Assembly: GCA_963739395.1 (NCBI GenBank)
Contig: CAVUAE010000001.1
Span: forward strand, 710,056-774,055
DNA length: 64,000 nucleotides
Direction of reading: 5' to 3'
From: an uncultured Chloroflexia bacterium
Lineage (GTDB): Bacteria; Chloroflexota; Dehalococcoidia; Dehalococcoidales; RBG-16-60-22
In this document: positions 11,131 to 22,294 of the stretch, piece by piece
Numbering within the stretch: position 1 is the stretch's first letter
Layout: each line of letters starts with the position of its first letter
Program-made: the position numbers and the translations under genes
The notes under the pieces: model-generated
The model's input: the letters and a program-made list of their open reading frames with translations, nothing else
The model's database searches: none
What the model was told of the DNA's origin: nothing

Positions 11131-12350
11131 CGCACTATTCTAAACCCACGGTCATTGGTTAAAAAACAAGCCGGGTCTGCTTCTTTATAGTCTCCTGTAT
11201 GGGTAAAAGCCCGACCCCGACAGCCGCCGCAGATGTTCTGGTGGCGACATTCTTGACATGCTCTTTTTAGTTGCCTCGGCTGGCTGCGGAATTCCTGCAA
11301 TAAAGGTGAGTTATTCCAGATATCCAGGAATGTTTGCTGACGCACATTGCCCGCGGGGAGTGGAATAAAGTTGCAGGGCCATACGTCGCCATCAAAGCGG
11401 ATATAGCTGAAGCCGCTGCCAGCACCGCAACCAGAAAGGGTTTTCCTCTGCAGGCTTTCGCCAAAGGAGAACCGCTTCTGTTCCACCAACCACGCCCAGT
11501 ATTCAGGGCTGCAAACCGGTATAATAAGGGCGCGGCTTTTTTTCTGTTTTTCTGAAATTACCTTTATTAGCTGTATTTGTTCTTCCGGATTTAGTTCAAG
11601 AGCTCCCCTATCCTGACGAGGCGGAACAGCCTGGAAAACCATAATGATATCAGTTTTTAGTTCCTCGGCTAAGTCTATCAAGCCTGGGAGTTCCGCCAGG
11701 TTCTGCCGCATCGTTGTAAAATTGACTTGCAGGCAAACACCGGTTCGAGCAGCGGCTTTAATACCATCAATAGCGCTTTGAAAACAGCCTGATTTACCGC
11801 GGATAGACTCGTGGCATTCCCTGGTATATCCATCCAAACTAATAGAAAAATTAGCCACACCTAATTTAGCCAGGTCTTTAGCTGTATCCGGCGTTAACAA
11901 CGTCCCGTTGGTACTGAAGACAATATGAAATCCCAGTTTTCCGGCGTACTCCACCAGTTCAAAGATATCGTTGCGCAGCAGGGGTTCGCCGCCGGTGATA
12001 ACTATCATACGTATATCTTCAACCTCGGCGATTTGTTCCAGAAGTCGTTTGCCTTCGCTAGTTGTTAATTCTGCTTGTGCGGAGTCTACAGAACTTGCGA
12101 AGCAATGAATACAATCCAGATTACAGCGAGTGGTAACTTCCCAAACTACGTGATATGGATAGCCAGTACAGCCGATGGCTGTAGCGCCAGCGGCAGTGGT
12201 GAGGACTTTTTTACCCTTAAGCATCCAAAGAGGTAGTTTTGTCCAACTGGTTAGCCATCCATGATAAACCAGTGAAAAGGCTTGTTTGAGCACTAGAGAG
12301 GGCGGGTTGTAGAGTGATATTACCCTCCTTATCGGCTTAGATTGTACCAA
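11127..12350 (-). CDS. Radical SAM enzyme with C-terminal SPASM/twitch cysteine cluster
   Basis: CNLDCIHC (Cx3Cx2C) core. C-terminal CQECRHQNICGGCRGRA cluster. Confidence 0.8.
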   Translation of the reverse strand: MVQSKPIRRVISLYNPPSLVLKQAFSLVYHGWLTSWTKLPLWMLKGKKVLTTAAGATAIGCTGYPYHVVWEVTTRCNLDCIHCFASSVDSAQAELTTSEGKRLLEQIAEVEDIRMIVITGGEPLLRNDIFELVEYAGKLGFHIVFSTNGTLLTPDTAKDLAKLGVANFSISLDGYTRECHESIRGKSGCFQSAIDGIKAAARTGVCLQVNFTTMRQNLAELPGLIDLAEELKTDIIMVFQAVPPRQDRGALELNPEEQIQLIKVISEKQKKSRALIIPVCSPEYWAWLVEQKRFSFGESLQRKTLSGCGAGSGFSYIRFDGDVWPCNFIPLPAGNVRQQTFLDIWNNSPLLQEFRSQPRQLKRACQECRHQNICGGCRGRAFTHTGDYKEADPACFLTNDRGFRIVR

Positions 12351-12359
12351 AGAATTCTC

Positions 12360-13295
12360 CTAAAAGAACAGGAAAACACAAAGTAGCATAAACACGCGGG
12401 CGACTAGCATAAAATAGGTGGCGAAAGTAAAAGCTTGAATGCCTTTGGTGAAATTTTCCGAATCCTGCATGAACCTGAAGCTAATAACCAGAGCGACAAG
12501 CGCCATTAAGGCGGTCGGTATTAAGTAAAGCAAGCCCAGGTTGAAAAAGAAGCCTAAATAGAAGCTTACCGCGGCAGCCAGGCATAAAAACAGAAAGCCT
12601 AATATAGTTGCCGCCTGTGGCGACGTTCTCTTGATGAAAGCTGGTACTTGTGTAAGTTTAACCCCTTTGACGTGCTGGATGGGATGCAGTGGAGAATAAA
12701 CCATAATATGCCCCGCCTGCCACGTAGCGGAAAACGCCCAAAGTATCCACGGCGCCCAGGAGTTGAATAAAGTATCTGGTGAAAAAGCCGTCCAGCCGCA
12801 CAGCCAGAGCATCCCCTCGATGGGAGGGAGGATAAGATAGCCCACTCGGTCCCTCAAATAGCCGGAGTAAAGGCAACTTAATCCTATAGCCACTGCCGAC
12901 ACAGTGAAGCAAATTGGATTAAAGGCGAACCATACAATAATCAGGGCAATTGTGAATGAGCCTACCGCTAAAAGCAGAGCTTGCGGCGCCGCTAATCGTT
13001 TACTTGGTATCGGACGGCCAGGCCAGCAGACTACGTCCCGACGCCGATCGACAAAATCGTTAAAGGAATGAATACCGGCAAAAGCGAGTAGAGCGGCAAT
13101 AACGCCAACCAAACATTCGCTCCAGGCGGGAAAACCTCCGTAAGCCAGGGCGGCTCCGGCGCCGACACCCAGTGCACCCATCGTGGAAAGGATGGGTCGG
13201 GTGACGTCTAACGCTCCAGCTAATCGGTCGCTGATGGTATAGCTTGGTTTGACGACATTCCCCTGCCCCATCCACCGCTGCATGATACTAGTCAT
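12360..13295 (-). CDS. UbiA-family aromatic prenyltransferase (polytopic membrane protein)
   Basis: NDFVDRRRD (NDxxDxxxD) motif and multiple TM helices. Start placed at the ATG sharing TAATG with the upstream stop. The ORF track extends to 13340. Confidence 0.7.
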   Translation of the reverse strand: MTSIMQRWMGQGNVVKPSYTISDRLAGALDVTRPILSTMGALGVGAGAALAYGGFPAWSECLVGVIAALLAFAGIHSFNDFVDRRRDVVCWPGRPIPSKRLAAPQALLLAVGSFTIALIIVWFAFNPICFTVSAVAIGLSCLYSGYLRDRVGYLILPPIEGMLWLCGWTAFSPDTLFNSWAPWILWAFSATWQAGHIMVYSPLHPIQHVKGVKLTQVPAFIKRTSPQAATILGFLFLCLAAAVSFYLGFFFNLGLLYLIPTALMALVALVISFRFMQDSENFTKGIQAFTFATYFMLVARVFMLLCVFLFF

Positions 13296-14410
13296 TATTC
13301 TTTTTCGCCGGTTATTTGTGTATATTCCCGGCTGAACCATTGCTTATATTTTGATTTTAACATCTTACCGGTAAACATTACCGTATTCACCGGGAAGGCA
13401 GAGGTTTGCAGGTGACCGTAATACATATGCACGATGAGAATAAATCCGACGGCAAGAATCGCCTCGTCGCGATGAGCCGTAGCTACGACTGCGAACCACT
13501 GACCGCCTACCCACTGACTGAAAAATGCGGGGAACATCATGATTATACCTGTGATTACCATCACCGGCATGCCCCAGAATATCGCCCAGTAATCAATCTT
13601 CTGACCGTATTGAAAATGGTCGTATTCCGGCTCTTTTTTATAAAAACCGCCTATCCATAACATCGTATGAATTATGTCTTTCAGGTCTTTCCAGCGGGGG
13701 AACATCGCCGCCGGACTTTTGTGTTTCACGAAGTACCCATAAGCGAGATAGCCGAGGTGATAGATGCCGTCGACAATCATGACGAAAGCAGCGAAATCAT
13801 GGACCAGGCGTAATACATCGGGACCGCCGAAAATGCTGGTAAACCATTGGAAGGTAGGCCAATCGGGGAAACCCCTCAATAAACCGGTTACCGCCAGCAC
13901 GATGAATGAACCCATTAAAGCATAGTGTTGGATACGCTGGTGTATATCGAAACGTTTGACATAGTCGCCCTCTACTCGTTTTTTCTCGTCGGCGGGCAGC
14001 TTGGGCTTTTTATCCAGCTTTTCCAACCATCCAAAATCGTCATCCCAGCCTTCGGCTTCGCCGCGTCTCCAATTTATAAAGCGTCGAGTGATTTCTAAAA
14101 TGATAAGGATAGTTGTAGGTATAAGGACGCTTGCCGTAAGTAGGAAGAAAAACCATTTGGTGACGGTTACCGCCAGTTGCGTGACGTCACTGGCACTTAC
14201 ATAGGCGCCATACTGCGCATAAGGGTATATCTGGAAAACATGAGTGGGCACCATATCGAAGAGGATGAAACCCAAGGCAACAGCTTCGGCTAAGACGATA
14301 ACGATTATTAGCGGAAAATAGAAGCGAGGCAAACCCTTTTTCTTCGGCACGCCGATGTTTTCCATCTTCGTGCTATCGAAGATGATTTCGTTATTCTTTA
14401 CCAAGCCCAC
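13295..14410 (-). CDS. b-type cytochrome membrane subunit (formate dehydrogenase gamma / NiFe-hydrogenase cytochrome b-like) with extra N-terminal helices
   Basis: Conserved His in predicted helices (HQRIQHYAL, HDFAAF, VHMYYGH). Hydrophobic profile fits. Confidence 0.55.
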   Translation of the reverse strand: MGLVKNNEIIFDSTKMENIGVPKKKGLPRFYFPLIIVIVLAEAVALGFILFDMVPTHVFQIYPYAQYGAYVSASDVTQLAVTVTKWFFFLLTASVLIPTTILIILEITRRFINWRRGEAEGWDDDFGWLEKLDKKPKLPADEKKRVEGDYVKRFDIHQRIQHYALMGSFIVLAVTGLLRGFPDWPTFQWFTSIFGGPDVLRLVHDFAAFVMIVDGIYHLGYLAYGYFVKHKSPAAMFPRWKDLKDIIHTMLWIGGFYKKEPEYDHFQYGQKIDYWAIFWGMPVMVITGIIMMFPAFFSQWVGGQWFAVVATAHRDEAILAVGFILIVHMYYGHLQTSAFPVNTVMFTGKMLKSKYKQWFSREYTQITGEKE

Positions 14411-16596
14411 GGTTTACCCCCATGTTCTTTGGTAAATATACCGGCATAATCTGGATTTTTCAACTCTTCTGGTGTGCATTTATAGACCTTGCAGAGCAGG
14501 CAGGTCAAATCCGGCGAGCCGTACATCGGGTCTTGATGATTATTATTCGTCAGGACGTTTGGATTGGAGATGTATACACCGCGGAAACCCTGTGCCGGCG
14601 CTTCCGGATAAAACCAGTTAGCTGTCGCCGCCACGACTCTCGGGTCGATGCCCGGGAACAATCTAGCTTTTTGTATAATCTTGCCGCGTGGCGATTCTAT
14701 CCAAACGAAATCGCCGTCTTCAATGCCTAGCTTTTTCGCTGTTTCCGGGTTAATCTGCATCGTGGGATATTCCATGAAACTGCGCAGCCAGGGGATATTC
14801 CGGTACTGCGCCAGGAAGTAGAACGGCGAGCGGAAGCCGGTAGTTAACACCAGCGGGTATTCCTTGGCTATTTCGGGAGTGGAATAGGGGCTTTCGCCGG
14901 GTTCGACGAAGTAAGGCAACGGGTCATAACCAAGATTCTCCAGCACGGTTGAATATAGTTCCATCTTACCGGTGGGGGTTGGGAAACCGCCACCCTTACG
15001 CCAGTAGTCGGTCTTATATTTATAATATACCTGGTCGGGACCGAAGCAGCCGGAGATGACATTCTCGCTGAACTTCTTCCAGGTAATCGGCGCTTTTCTC
15101 AACTCATAGTCCAGTAGAGTCGGCACATCTTTGAACCAATAATTCGGCGCCGCCCGACGTCCGATTTCGTTGAAAATCCAGGCATCGGACATAGCCTCAC
15201 CCGGCGGGTCAACGCACTTATTATGCGCTTCGATAAACCAGCGCGGGTGCATATCGTAAATATCGTCCAATTCCAGCCAGTGGGCCGCGGGTAAAACGAT
15301 ATCCGACATTTCGGCCATGGGACCCCAGAATTGGTCGAGTTGTACCATGAAATCGACCTTTTTCAAACCTTCGACGACCTGTTTCGTATTAGCCATGTGG
15401 ACAATCTGCTGGCCGCCGACGCTAATCCAAACGCGGATGGGATTTTCTCCTTTATTGAACTCACGAATGATGGTATCGGGATTGCAGGTACGCGCCGCTC
15501 CCATTTTAAATTTATCCCCGCCATAAATATGCGACCGCATTTCGTCGGTCAGTGGGATTTCATTAAAAACATCTTCAATCAAGCCGGTTTCCGGCAGCAC
15601 CCAGCTAATCATACTGCCGGGCCGTTCGATATTACCGGTAATGCCAAGTAAATCTATAATCCCCCGCAGGGTCTGGCCGCAGTTAGCTTGCCGTTCTAAT
15701 GAGGAACCAATCTGTATACAGCCGGGGGTATCGACAGCGAAAAGCCTGGCAGCTTGAATTATCTTTTCCTTAGGGACCCAGGTGATTTCCGCGACTTTTT
15801 CCACCGGGTACTCTGCGGCTCGTTCTTTTAGTTTATCGAACCCATAGGTCCAGTTCTCGACAAACTCTTTATCCCAGAGTCCTTCTTGAATAATAACGTT
15901 AATCATGCCCAGCGCGAGAGCAGCGTCCGAGCCTGGACGCGGCTGCAGCCAGAGCGTCGCCCTAGAAGTATAAGCTGTCGCGCGCGGGTCGATAATAATC
16001 AGGTTTTTGCAGTAATCCAGCGACTTCATGTACCAGTAGCACATTTCGGAATCGGCGCTGCTGATTTCCAGCTGTTTCGCCCAGGATATCTGTGTTTTCG
16101 GGAACACGCCACCCCACCCATGATAATCGCAATATAGTCTTCCGTAACCGGTAATCAAGCCATAAAGGCCGATGCGGGGACTATGACAAATGTAGCCGGG
16201 TGATATCACATTCGCCGAACCCATCGAGCGGGAAAAACGATGGGTATAGCGGTTGTAGCCCCTGCCCGTCCCCTGCGAGGTAGCTACCGTATGCGCGCCG
16301 TACTTTTCGGTGGCATCTTTTATCTTAGCGGCAATCGTATCCAGCGCCTCATCCCAGCTTATTTGTTTCCATTTACCTTCGCCTTTTTCGCCAGCCCTTT
16401 TATACGGATGGGTAATACGATAAGGATTATCGATATGCTGGATGCTGGATAAACCTTTAGCGCACATCGTGCCGCGAGTAGTTGAGTCCGGATTTCCTTC
16501 GATATGTGTGATTACGCCATCGGTGACTTCGACCAAAACGCCGCAGCCGCCGTGGCAGCTCTTGCAGGTTGTTTTTATAATCTTCTTTTCAGCCAT
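14398..16596 (-). CDS. Molybdopterin oxidoreductase catalytic subunit, no visible Tat signal (module 2)
   Basis: CKSCHGGCG...C (Cx2Cx3Cx27C) motif. Start moved to MAEKKII (ATG at 16596), which has GGAG 8 nt upstream. The ORF track start at 16623 overlaps the NrfD gene. Confidence 0.8.
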   Translation of the reverse strand: MAEKKIIKTTCKSCHGGCGVLVEVTDGVITHIEGNPDSTTRGTMCAKGLSSIQHIDNPYRITHPYKRAGEKGEGKWKQISWDEALDTIAAKIKDATEKYGAHTVATSQGTGRGYNRYTHRFSRSMGSANVISPGYICHSPRIGLYGLITGYGRLYCDYHGWGGVFPKTQISWAKQLEISSADSEMCYWYMKSLDYCKNLIIIDPRATAYTSRATLWLQPRPGSDAALALGMINVIIQEGLWDKEFVENWTYGFDKLKERAAEYPVEKVAEITWVPKEKIIQAARLFAVDTPGCIQIGSSLERQANCGQTLRGIIDLLGITGNIERPGSMISWVLPETGLIEDVFNEIPLTDEMRSHIYGGDKFKMGAARTCNPDTIIREFNKGENPIRVWISVGGQQIVHMANTKQVVEGLKKVDFMVQLDQFWGPMAEMSDIVLPAAHWLELDDIYDMHPRWFIEAHNKCVDPPGEAMSDAWIFNEIGRRAAPNYWFKDVPTLLDYELRKAPITWKKFSENVISGCFGPDQVYYKYKTDYWRKGGGFPTPTGKMELYSTVLENLGYDPLPYFVEPGESPYSTPEIAKEYPLVLTTGFRSPFYFLAQYRNIPWLRSFMEYPTMQINPETAKKLGIEDGDFVWIESPRGKIIQKARLFPGIDPRVVAATANWFYPEAPAQGFRGVYISNPNVLTNNNHQDPMYGSPDLTCLLCKVYKCTPEELKNPDYAGIFTKEHGGKPWAW

Positions 16597-16609
16597 CTTA
16601 AAACTCCAA

Positions 16610-17554
16610 TTAATACGCGCCAACTTTAGGTAATAAAGGCCGGTATATTCCCACCTTTAAAAGACAATATTTAAGGGCAAAGGCACCAAGCGTATGCGCT
16701 GCGATTGCCACAATCAAGAGAACACTGGAAGCCTCTATGTCGAAAAGACCGAGCACCGATATCGCAGCCGGAATCGCCAGGCCGAGAATTATCAAACCGC
16801 CCCAGAACATAAAAGCCGATGGCCCCTTGAGCAGTTCTTGAATCGAAAGCTTGGCTACCGCAGAGGTGTACCCGGCGCTAATTAAATAAGTGACTATTAG
16901 CAGCACATTAATCAACAATAGATATCGACTTCCTGTTTCCGCCCAGGCAACACTGGCGTCCCCTCCCGCCAAGGCAATGCCCATTATTAAGCCGAAGCCA
17001 TCGGCGACTCCAGCCAGCATAACAACCACTGGCAAAAGCCCCTGGTTCCAGAAGGGAATCCCTTTGACGTAGTTCATAATGAAACCACCGTAGATACCAA
17101 CTCCCAAAGCGTTTAGTCCGGCCAGTACGCCGAAGGTATAATAAATAGGATTGGTTATGGAATGCCCTATTAAGTTAGCCAGGTCTGGTTGACCAAACAC
17201 AAGCTGAATAAAACCGAAAGTACCGAAAAAGACGGAAAATAAAATGCCGCGGGCGAACCACGAGGTTTTCCAGGCGTTGGAAAAAGGCGGTAATGTACGG
17301 TAGAACCGCCAGGGTTTGCCGAAGTATGCCAGGTGGATAGGCAGCTTTAAGAACATGATAATCAGCCAGCCGATGAGAAGTCCCCACCAGCTGTTGATAA
17401 AGAGAGAGACCAGGTACAAACCGGCGCCAAGACTGGTAAAGGTCTCGGCAATCCAAATCATGATGCCGCGTCTCTCTATCCATTCTCTTTGATGCATTGG
17501 TTTGACCATCCACTCATGGGTGATCATCCATTGGCGCGTCGCCATCTGGGGCAT
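16610..17554 (-). CDS. NrfD/PsrC-like membrane anchor subunit (module 2)
   Basis: 314 aa polytopic protein between the FeS and Mo subunits. Confidence 0.7.
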   Translation of the reverse strand: MPQMATRQWMITHEWMVKPMHQREWIERRGIMIWIAETFTSLGAGLYLVSLFINSWWGLLIGWLIIMFLKLPIHLAYFGKPWRFYRTLPPFSNAWKTSWFARGILFSVFFGTFGFIQLVFGQPDLANLIGHSITNPIYYTFGVLAGLNALGVGIYGGFIMNYVKGIPFWNQGLLPVVVMLAGVADGFGLIMGIALAGGDASVAWAETGSRYLLLINVLLIVTYLISAGYTSAVAKLSIQELLKGPSAFMFWGGLIILGLAIPAAISVLGLFDIEASSVLLIVAIAAHTLGAFALKYCLLKVGIYRPLLPKVGAY

Positions 17555-17566
17555 TGTTGTCCCTCC

Positions 17567-18328
17567 TTACTTTTTCCCGAATATCTGCTTCGCCCTGGCT
17601 TCCATAGTGCTTAAGTGCTGCATGTGCGAAGCTGTCTGCTCCTCACGTGGAGCGACATTAGAAGGCGCGTTACCTATCTTACCGTCGATATAATAAACCG
17701 AAGGCTCGGTGCCGTATTCAGGATGAAGTTGAAAAGCATTTTTTTCTTTGATTAATTTCGATATTTCGGAATTTGGGTCGTCTAAGTCGCCGAAGGTTAA
17801 AGCTCTTGCCTGACAGGTGTTGACGCAAGCCGGCGTAGCCTCTCGGTCTTTGCCCGGCACCAACCCTTTAGCCATCCCCGCATCGATTCTTTCCATACAG
17901 AAATCACATTTTTCCGTTGTCCCGGCGATATGGGGGTAAAGCTTATGACCGGCTTTCTCAAAGCGTGTCCGCGGATGACCGGGGAAATAGCCGGTGTCTT
18001 TATCGCGGGAGAAGAAGGTGCGGTTCTGATAAGGGCAGACGACCACGCAATAACGGCAGCCGACACAGATATTATTATCCACGTATACAATGCCGTCAGG
18101 CCGTTTCTTAGTGGCTTCGGCAGGGCAGACCTCGACACAGGGGGCTTCTTTACATTGATTGCACCGTACAGGGAGCGTTGTCAGTTCTTCTCCGGGTACG
18201 TTGGTTTCCCAGGCAATCAGGCGCGGCCAGGTCATCCCCAAAGGTAAAAAGTGTTCAATCCGGCAAGCGGCGATGCAGGCGTGGCAACGAGTACATTTTA
18301 CCAGATTAATTACCATACCCCATCTCAT
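17567..18328 (-). CDS. 4Fe-4S ferredoxin-type subunit (DmsB/PsrB-like, module 2)
   Basis: CTRCHACIAAC, CNQCKEAPCVEVCP and CVGCRYCVVVCP motifs. Paralogue of 6944-7597. Confidence 0.85.
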   Translation of the reverse strand: MRWGMVINLVKCTRCHACIAACRIEHFLPLGMTWPRLIAWETNVPGEELTTLPVRCNQCKEAPCVEVCPAEATKKRPDGIVYVDNNICVGCRYCVVVCPYQNRTFFSRDKDTGYFPGHPRTRFEKAGHKLYPHIAGTTEKCDFCMERIDAGMAKGLVPGKDREATPACVNTCQARALTFGDLDDPNSEISKLIKEKNAFQLHPEYGTEPSVYYIDGKIGNAPSNVAPREEQTASHMQHLSTMEARAKQIFGKK

Positions 18329-18501
18329 AAGAACTGCTCCTTTTTAGGTTTCTAAATATAAAATACCAAAAACGAACCATTAAGTCAAACAAGTATGCGC
18401 AATGCATGAATTAATACCATGATTATACTGCAAACTTCATGATATCACTATATTATTTACGCATTATCACGAGACAAAACCAAATACGTCCTAGTTTTTT
18501 A

Positions 18502-18535
18502 CGCAAAATAAAAAGGAGGGATATAATATCCCCCC
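18502..18535 (-). terminator. Rho-independent terminator after the PII gene
   Basis: ggagggata/tatcccccc hairpin (one mismatch), followed on the minus strand by uuuuauuuu. Confidence 0.5.
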
Positions 18536-18576
18536 TTTACCTTGAAGTTTTGTTTTTAGACTACATTAATTATGTT

Positions 18577-20150
<1,574 letters not shown>

Positions 20151-20304
20151 AGACCTCCAGATGGAGTAGGTGTCTAGAATTAACTAAAGGATGGTAAGCA
20201 CGGAAAGAGATTAGTGCCGCTTACAACCAGGAGGATAACCTGTTAAGTACACACCCCCTCGTTTCCGTGCTTTTCCCGCTTAATTAAAAACTTATATACT
20301 TCTA

Positions 20305-21975
20305 TTATTCGTATGACCGGTGTTTAAGGGAAGAGATATCGTGACGCTTTATCGAAGAGCCGGGTTCTTCATGCCCATTATGATGTTGTTCAAGGATATC
20401 CATAGCCTCTTCAAGATAAGCTTCCATCAGGTAAGGTATACCGGTTACTTTAGCGCACTCCTCGGTTAACGACATCAGGTCTCTGCGGCTGATAACCGGC
20501 AGACTGAAGCATCGGGCACCAGCCATTATCTGCTGAAGTCCCACTCTTATCTTTTCACCGAAGCTGTAAACGCCGAGAGCACCGAGCGGGATGTTCTTCA
20601 TCTCTTTAGCCCCGACGATGTTTTTAACATCTTCATAGCAGATGAAAATTTCTTCCGGGGTCGTGCCGAACTGGCTTACGGTATTGGGCAATTTACCCTC
20701 TTTGATCCAGAGACCAATGTTCTTGCCGACCATACCTGGAATCAGCAAAGCCCTTCCCATACAAATTGCTTTTACAAAAGGCGCCCCAAGTGCTAGTCCC
20801 TTGAAAATGCCGTCTTCACTGCTAAAGCCGCCGGCAAAAGCGATATCCGGCACTCGTTCGCCCTTATCAGCTAACTTTTTGCAGAAATTATACGCGGCAG
20901 CGTGTAGATAAAGACTAGGCATACCCCATTCTTCCATCATGCGCCAGGGACTCATACCCGTACCGCCACCGGAGCCATCGATAGTAAGCAGGTCGATTTC
21001 GGCATTGGCGCCCCACTTAATTGCCATAGCCAACTCACGCAGTCCATATGCGCCCGTTTTTAAAGTGATGCGTTTAAAGCCCATATCGCGAAGCCGTTTT
21101 ATTTCTTTGTAAAATCCTTCTTCATCGATAAAACCAAGACGACTATGACGCTCGAACTCTTTTAGCGAGCCAGCTTTAAACGCCGCCTGACTTAACGGAC
21201 TCGATGGGTCGGGGGTGACAATATAGCCGCGTTTTTGAAGCTCCAAGGCGCGTTCCAAGCTATTGACTTTAATCTCACCACCGATACATTTGGCTCCCTG
21301 CCCCCACTTAAGCTCGATAGTATCCAGACCGTGCTTTTTGCTGACGTATTCGGCAACGCCCAGTCGCGTATCTTCGACGTTCATCTGTACGAGAATTTCA
21401 CCATACCCTCGATGATAGCGTTTGTAAATTTCAATACGTCGGTCCATATCCGGCGAGGAAGTAATTTTTCCTTTTTTATCAAGCTCAAGCTGCGGGTCGA
21501 TACCGCAAACATTCTCGCCACAAACAAGGGTGATGCCGCTTAAAGCGGCGCCAACGGCAAAATGCTCCCAATTTTTACGGGCAATTTCCGTCGAACCCAG
21601 TGCGCCGGTGAAAATCGGCATTCTCATTTTAACTTTCTTGTCCCAACCATAATCCGTCTCGGTGTTAACCGATGGGAATGTGGCGGTATCCGAATCGCCT
21701 TTTACGCCTTTGGGCAATCCGTTTGCGCCGAGGGCATACCCCTGGATATTCAGGTGCGAGTAATCGACAGGATAGTCTTTGTCGCCACCAGCGGTAATCT
21801 CACCGAATGGTCCCGGGTAGATCAACTCCCGGCTGCGAAAGGTGGCTTTAAACACCTCGCAATTGCCGGTACAACCGTCAATACACCGGGAACATATCCC
21901 GCTTTGCGGAACTACGCTCCGGGAACGGTTAACCGTCCTAGTGGCATCATTAGAATTGGGTCTTTGCAGGTTCAT
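20305..21975 (-). CDS. FMN-dependent glutamate synthase-related protein (GltB domain-2 type) with N-terminal Cys cluster
   Basis: CSRCIDGCTGNCEV cluster. TIDGSGGGTGMSP and GGFSSEDG motifs are typical of the GltS FMN domain. Confidence 0.75.
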   Translation of the reverse strand: MNLQRPNSNDATRTVNRSRSVVPQSGICSRCIDGCTGNCEVFKATFRSRELIYPGPFGEITAGGDKDYPVDYSHLNIQGYALGANGLPKGVKGDSDTATFPSVNTETDYGWDKKVKMRMPIFTGALGSTEIARKNWEHFAVGAALSGITLVCGENVCGIDPQLELDKKGKITSSPDMDRRIEIYKRYHRGYGEILVQMNVEDTRLGVAEYVSKKHGLDTIELKWGQGAKCIGGEIKVNSLERALELQKRGYIVTPDPSSPLSQAAFKAGSLKEFERHSRLGFIDEEGFYKEIKRLRDMGFKRITLKTGAYGLRELAMAIKWGANAEIDLLTIDGSGGGTGMSPWRMMEEWGMPSLYLHAAAYNFCKKLADKGERVPDIAFAGGFSSEDGIFKGLALGAPFVKAICMGRALLIPGMVGKNIGLWIKEGKLPNTVSQFGTTPEEIFICYEDVKNIVGAKEMKNIPLGALGVYSFGEKIRVGLQQIMAGARCFSLPVISRRDLMSLTEECAKVTGIPYLMEAYLEEAMDILEQHHNGHEEPGSSIKRHDISSLKHRSYE

Positions 21976-22033
21976 TTTCTTTCTCCTCCTTCGTAATATA
22001 TACAGAATACGGTAACTGTTTACCGTATTTTAA

Positions 22034-22062
22034 ATAATAACATGGACTTTTTAGTTTGTCAA
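22034..22062 (-). promoter_or_regulatory. Sigma70-like promoter for the glutamate-synthase-like gene
   Basis: Minus strand TTGACA-17 nt-TATTAT (plus-strand tgtcaa 22057-22062, ataata 22034-22039). Confidence 0.45.
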
Positions 22063-22103
22063 TACCCTTTTAGGGGATTTTTAGGAAAATATTTTGGATA
22101 AAT

Positions 22104-22134
22104 AAAAAAGCCCCGGCTTATTATCACCGGGGCT
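22104..22134 (-). terminator. Rho-independent terminator after modC
   Basis: agccccgg/ccggggct 8-bp stem followed on the minus strand by uuuuuu. Confidence 0.6.
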
Positions 22135-22294
22135 AATATTATGTCTTTTTAAGGTGCGGGAGAGATAGACTCCATCTCACCTACTTGTCTTAAGCTTGTT
22201 TATATAGAGATATGCGAATAGTAGTGTTATTTATTCTCCCCTATTTTCCGCATTATCTCGTTCTTTTTGCTTTCAAATTCTTCTTTGGTGATAA

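Noticed and set aside
22152-22182. aggtgcgggagagatagactccatctcacct is an imperfect palindrome and vaguely T-arm-like.
   Set aside because: It does not align with the ssrA core and no tRNA-like fold is possible. It lies between the modC stop and the terminator and is probably just a weak hairpin.
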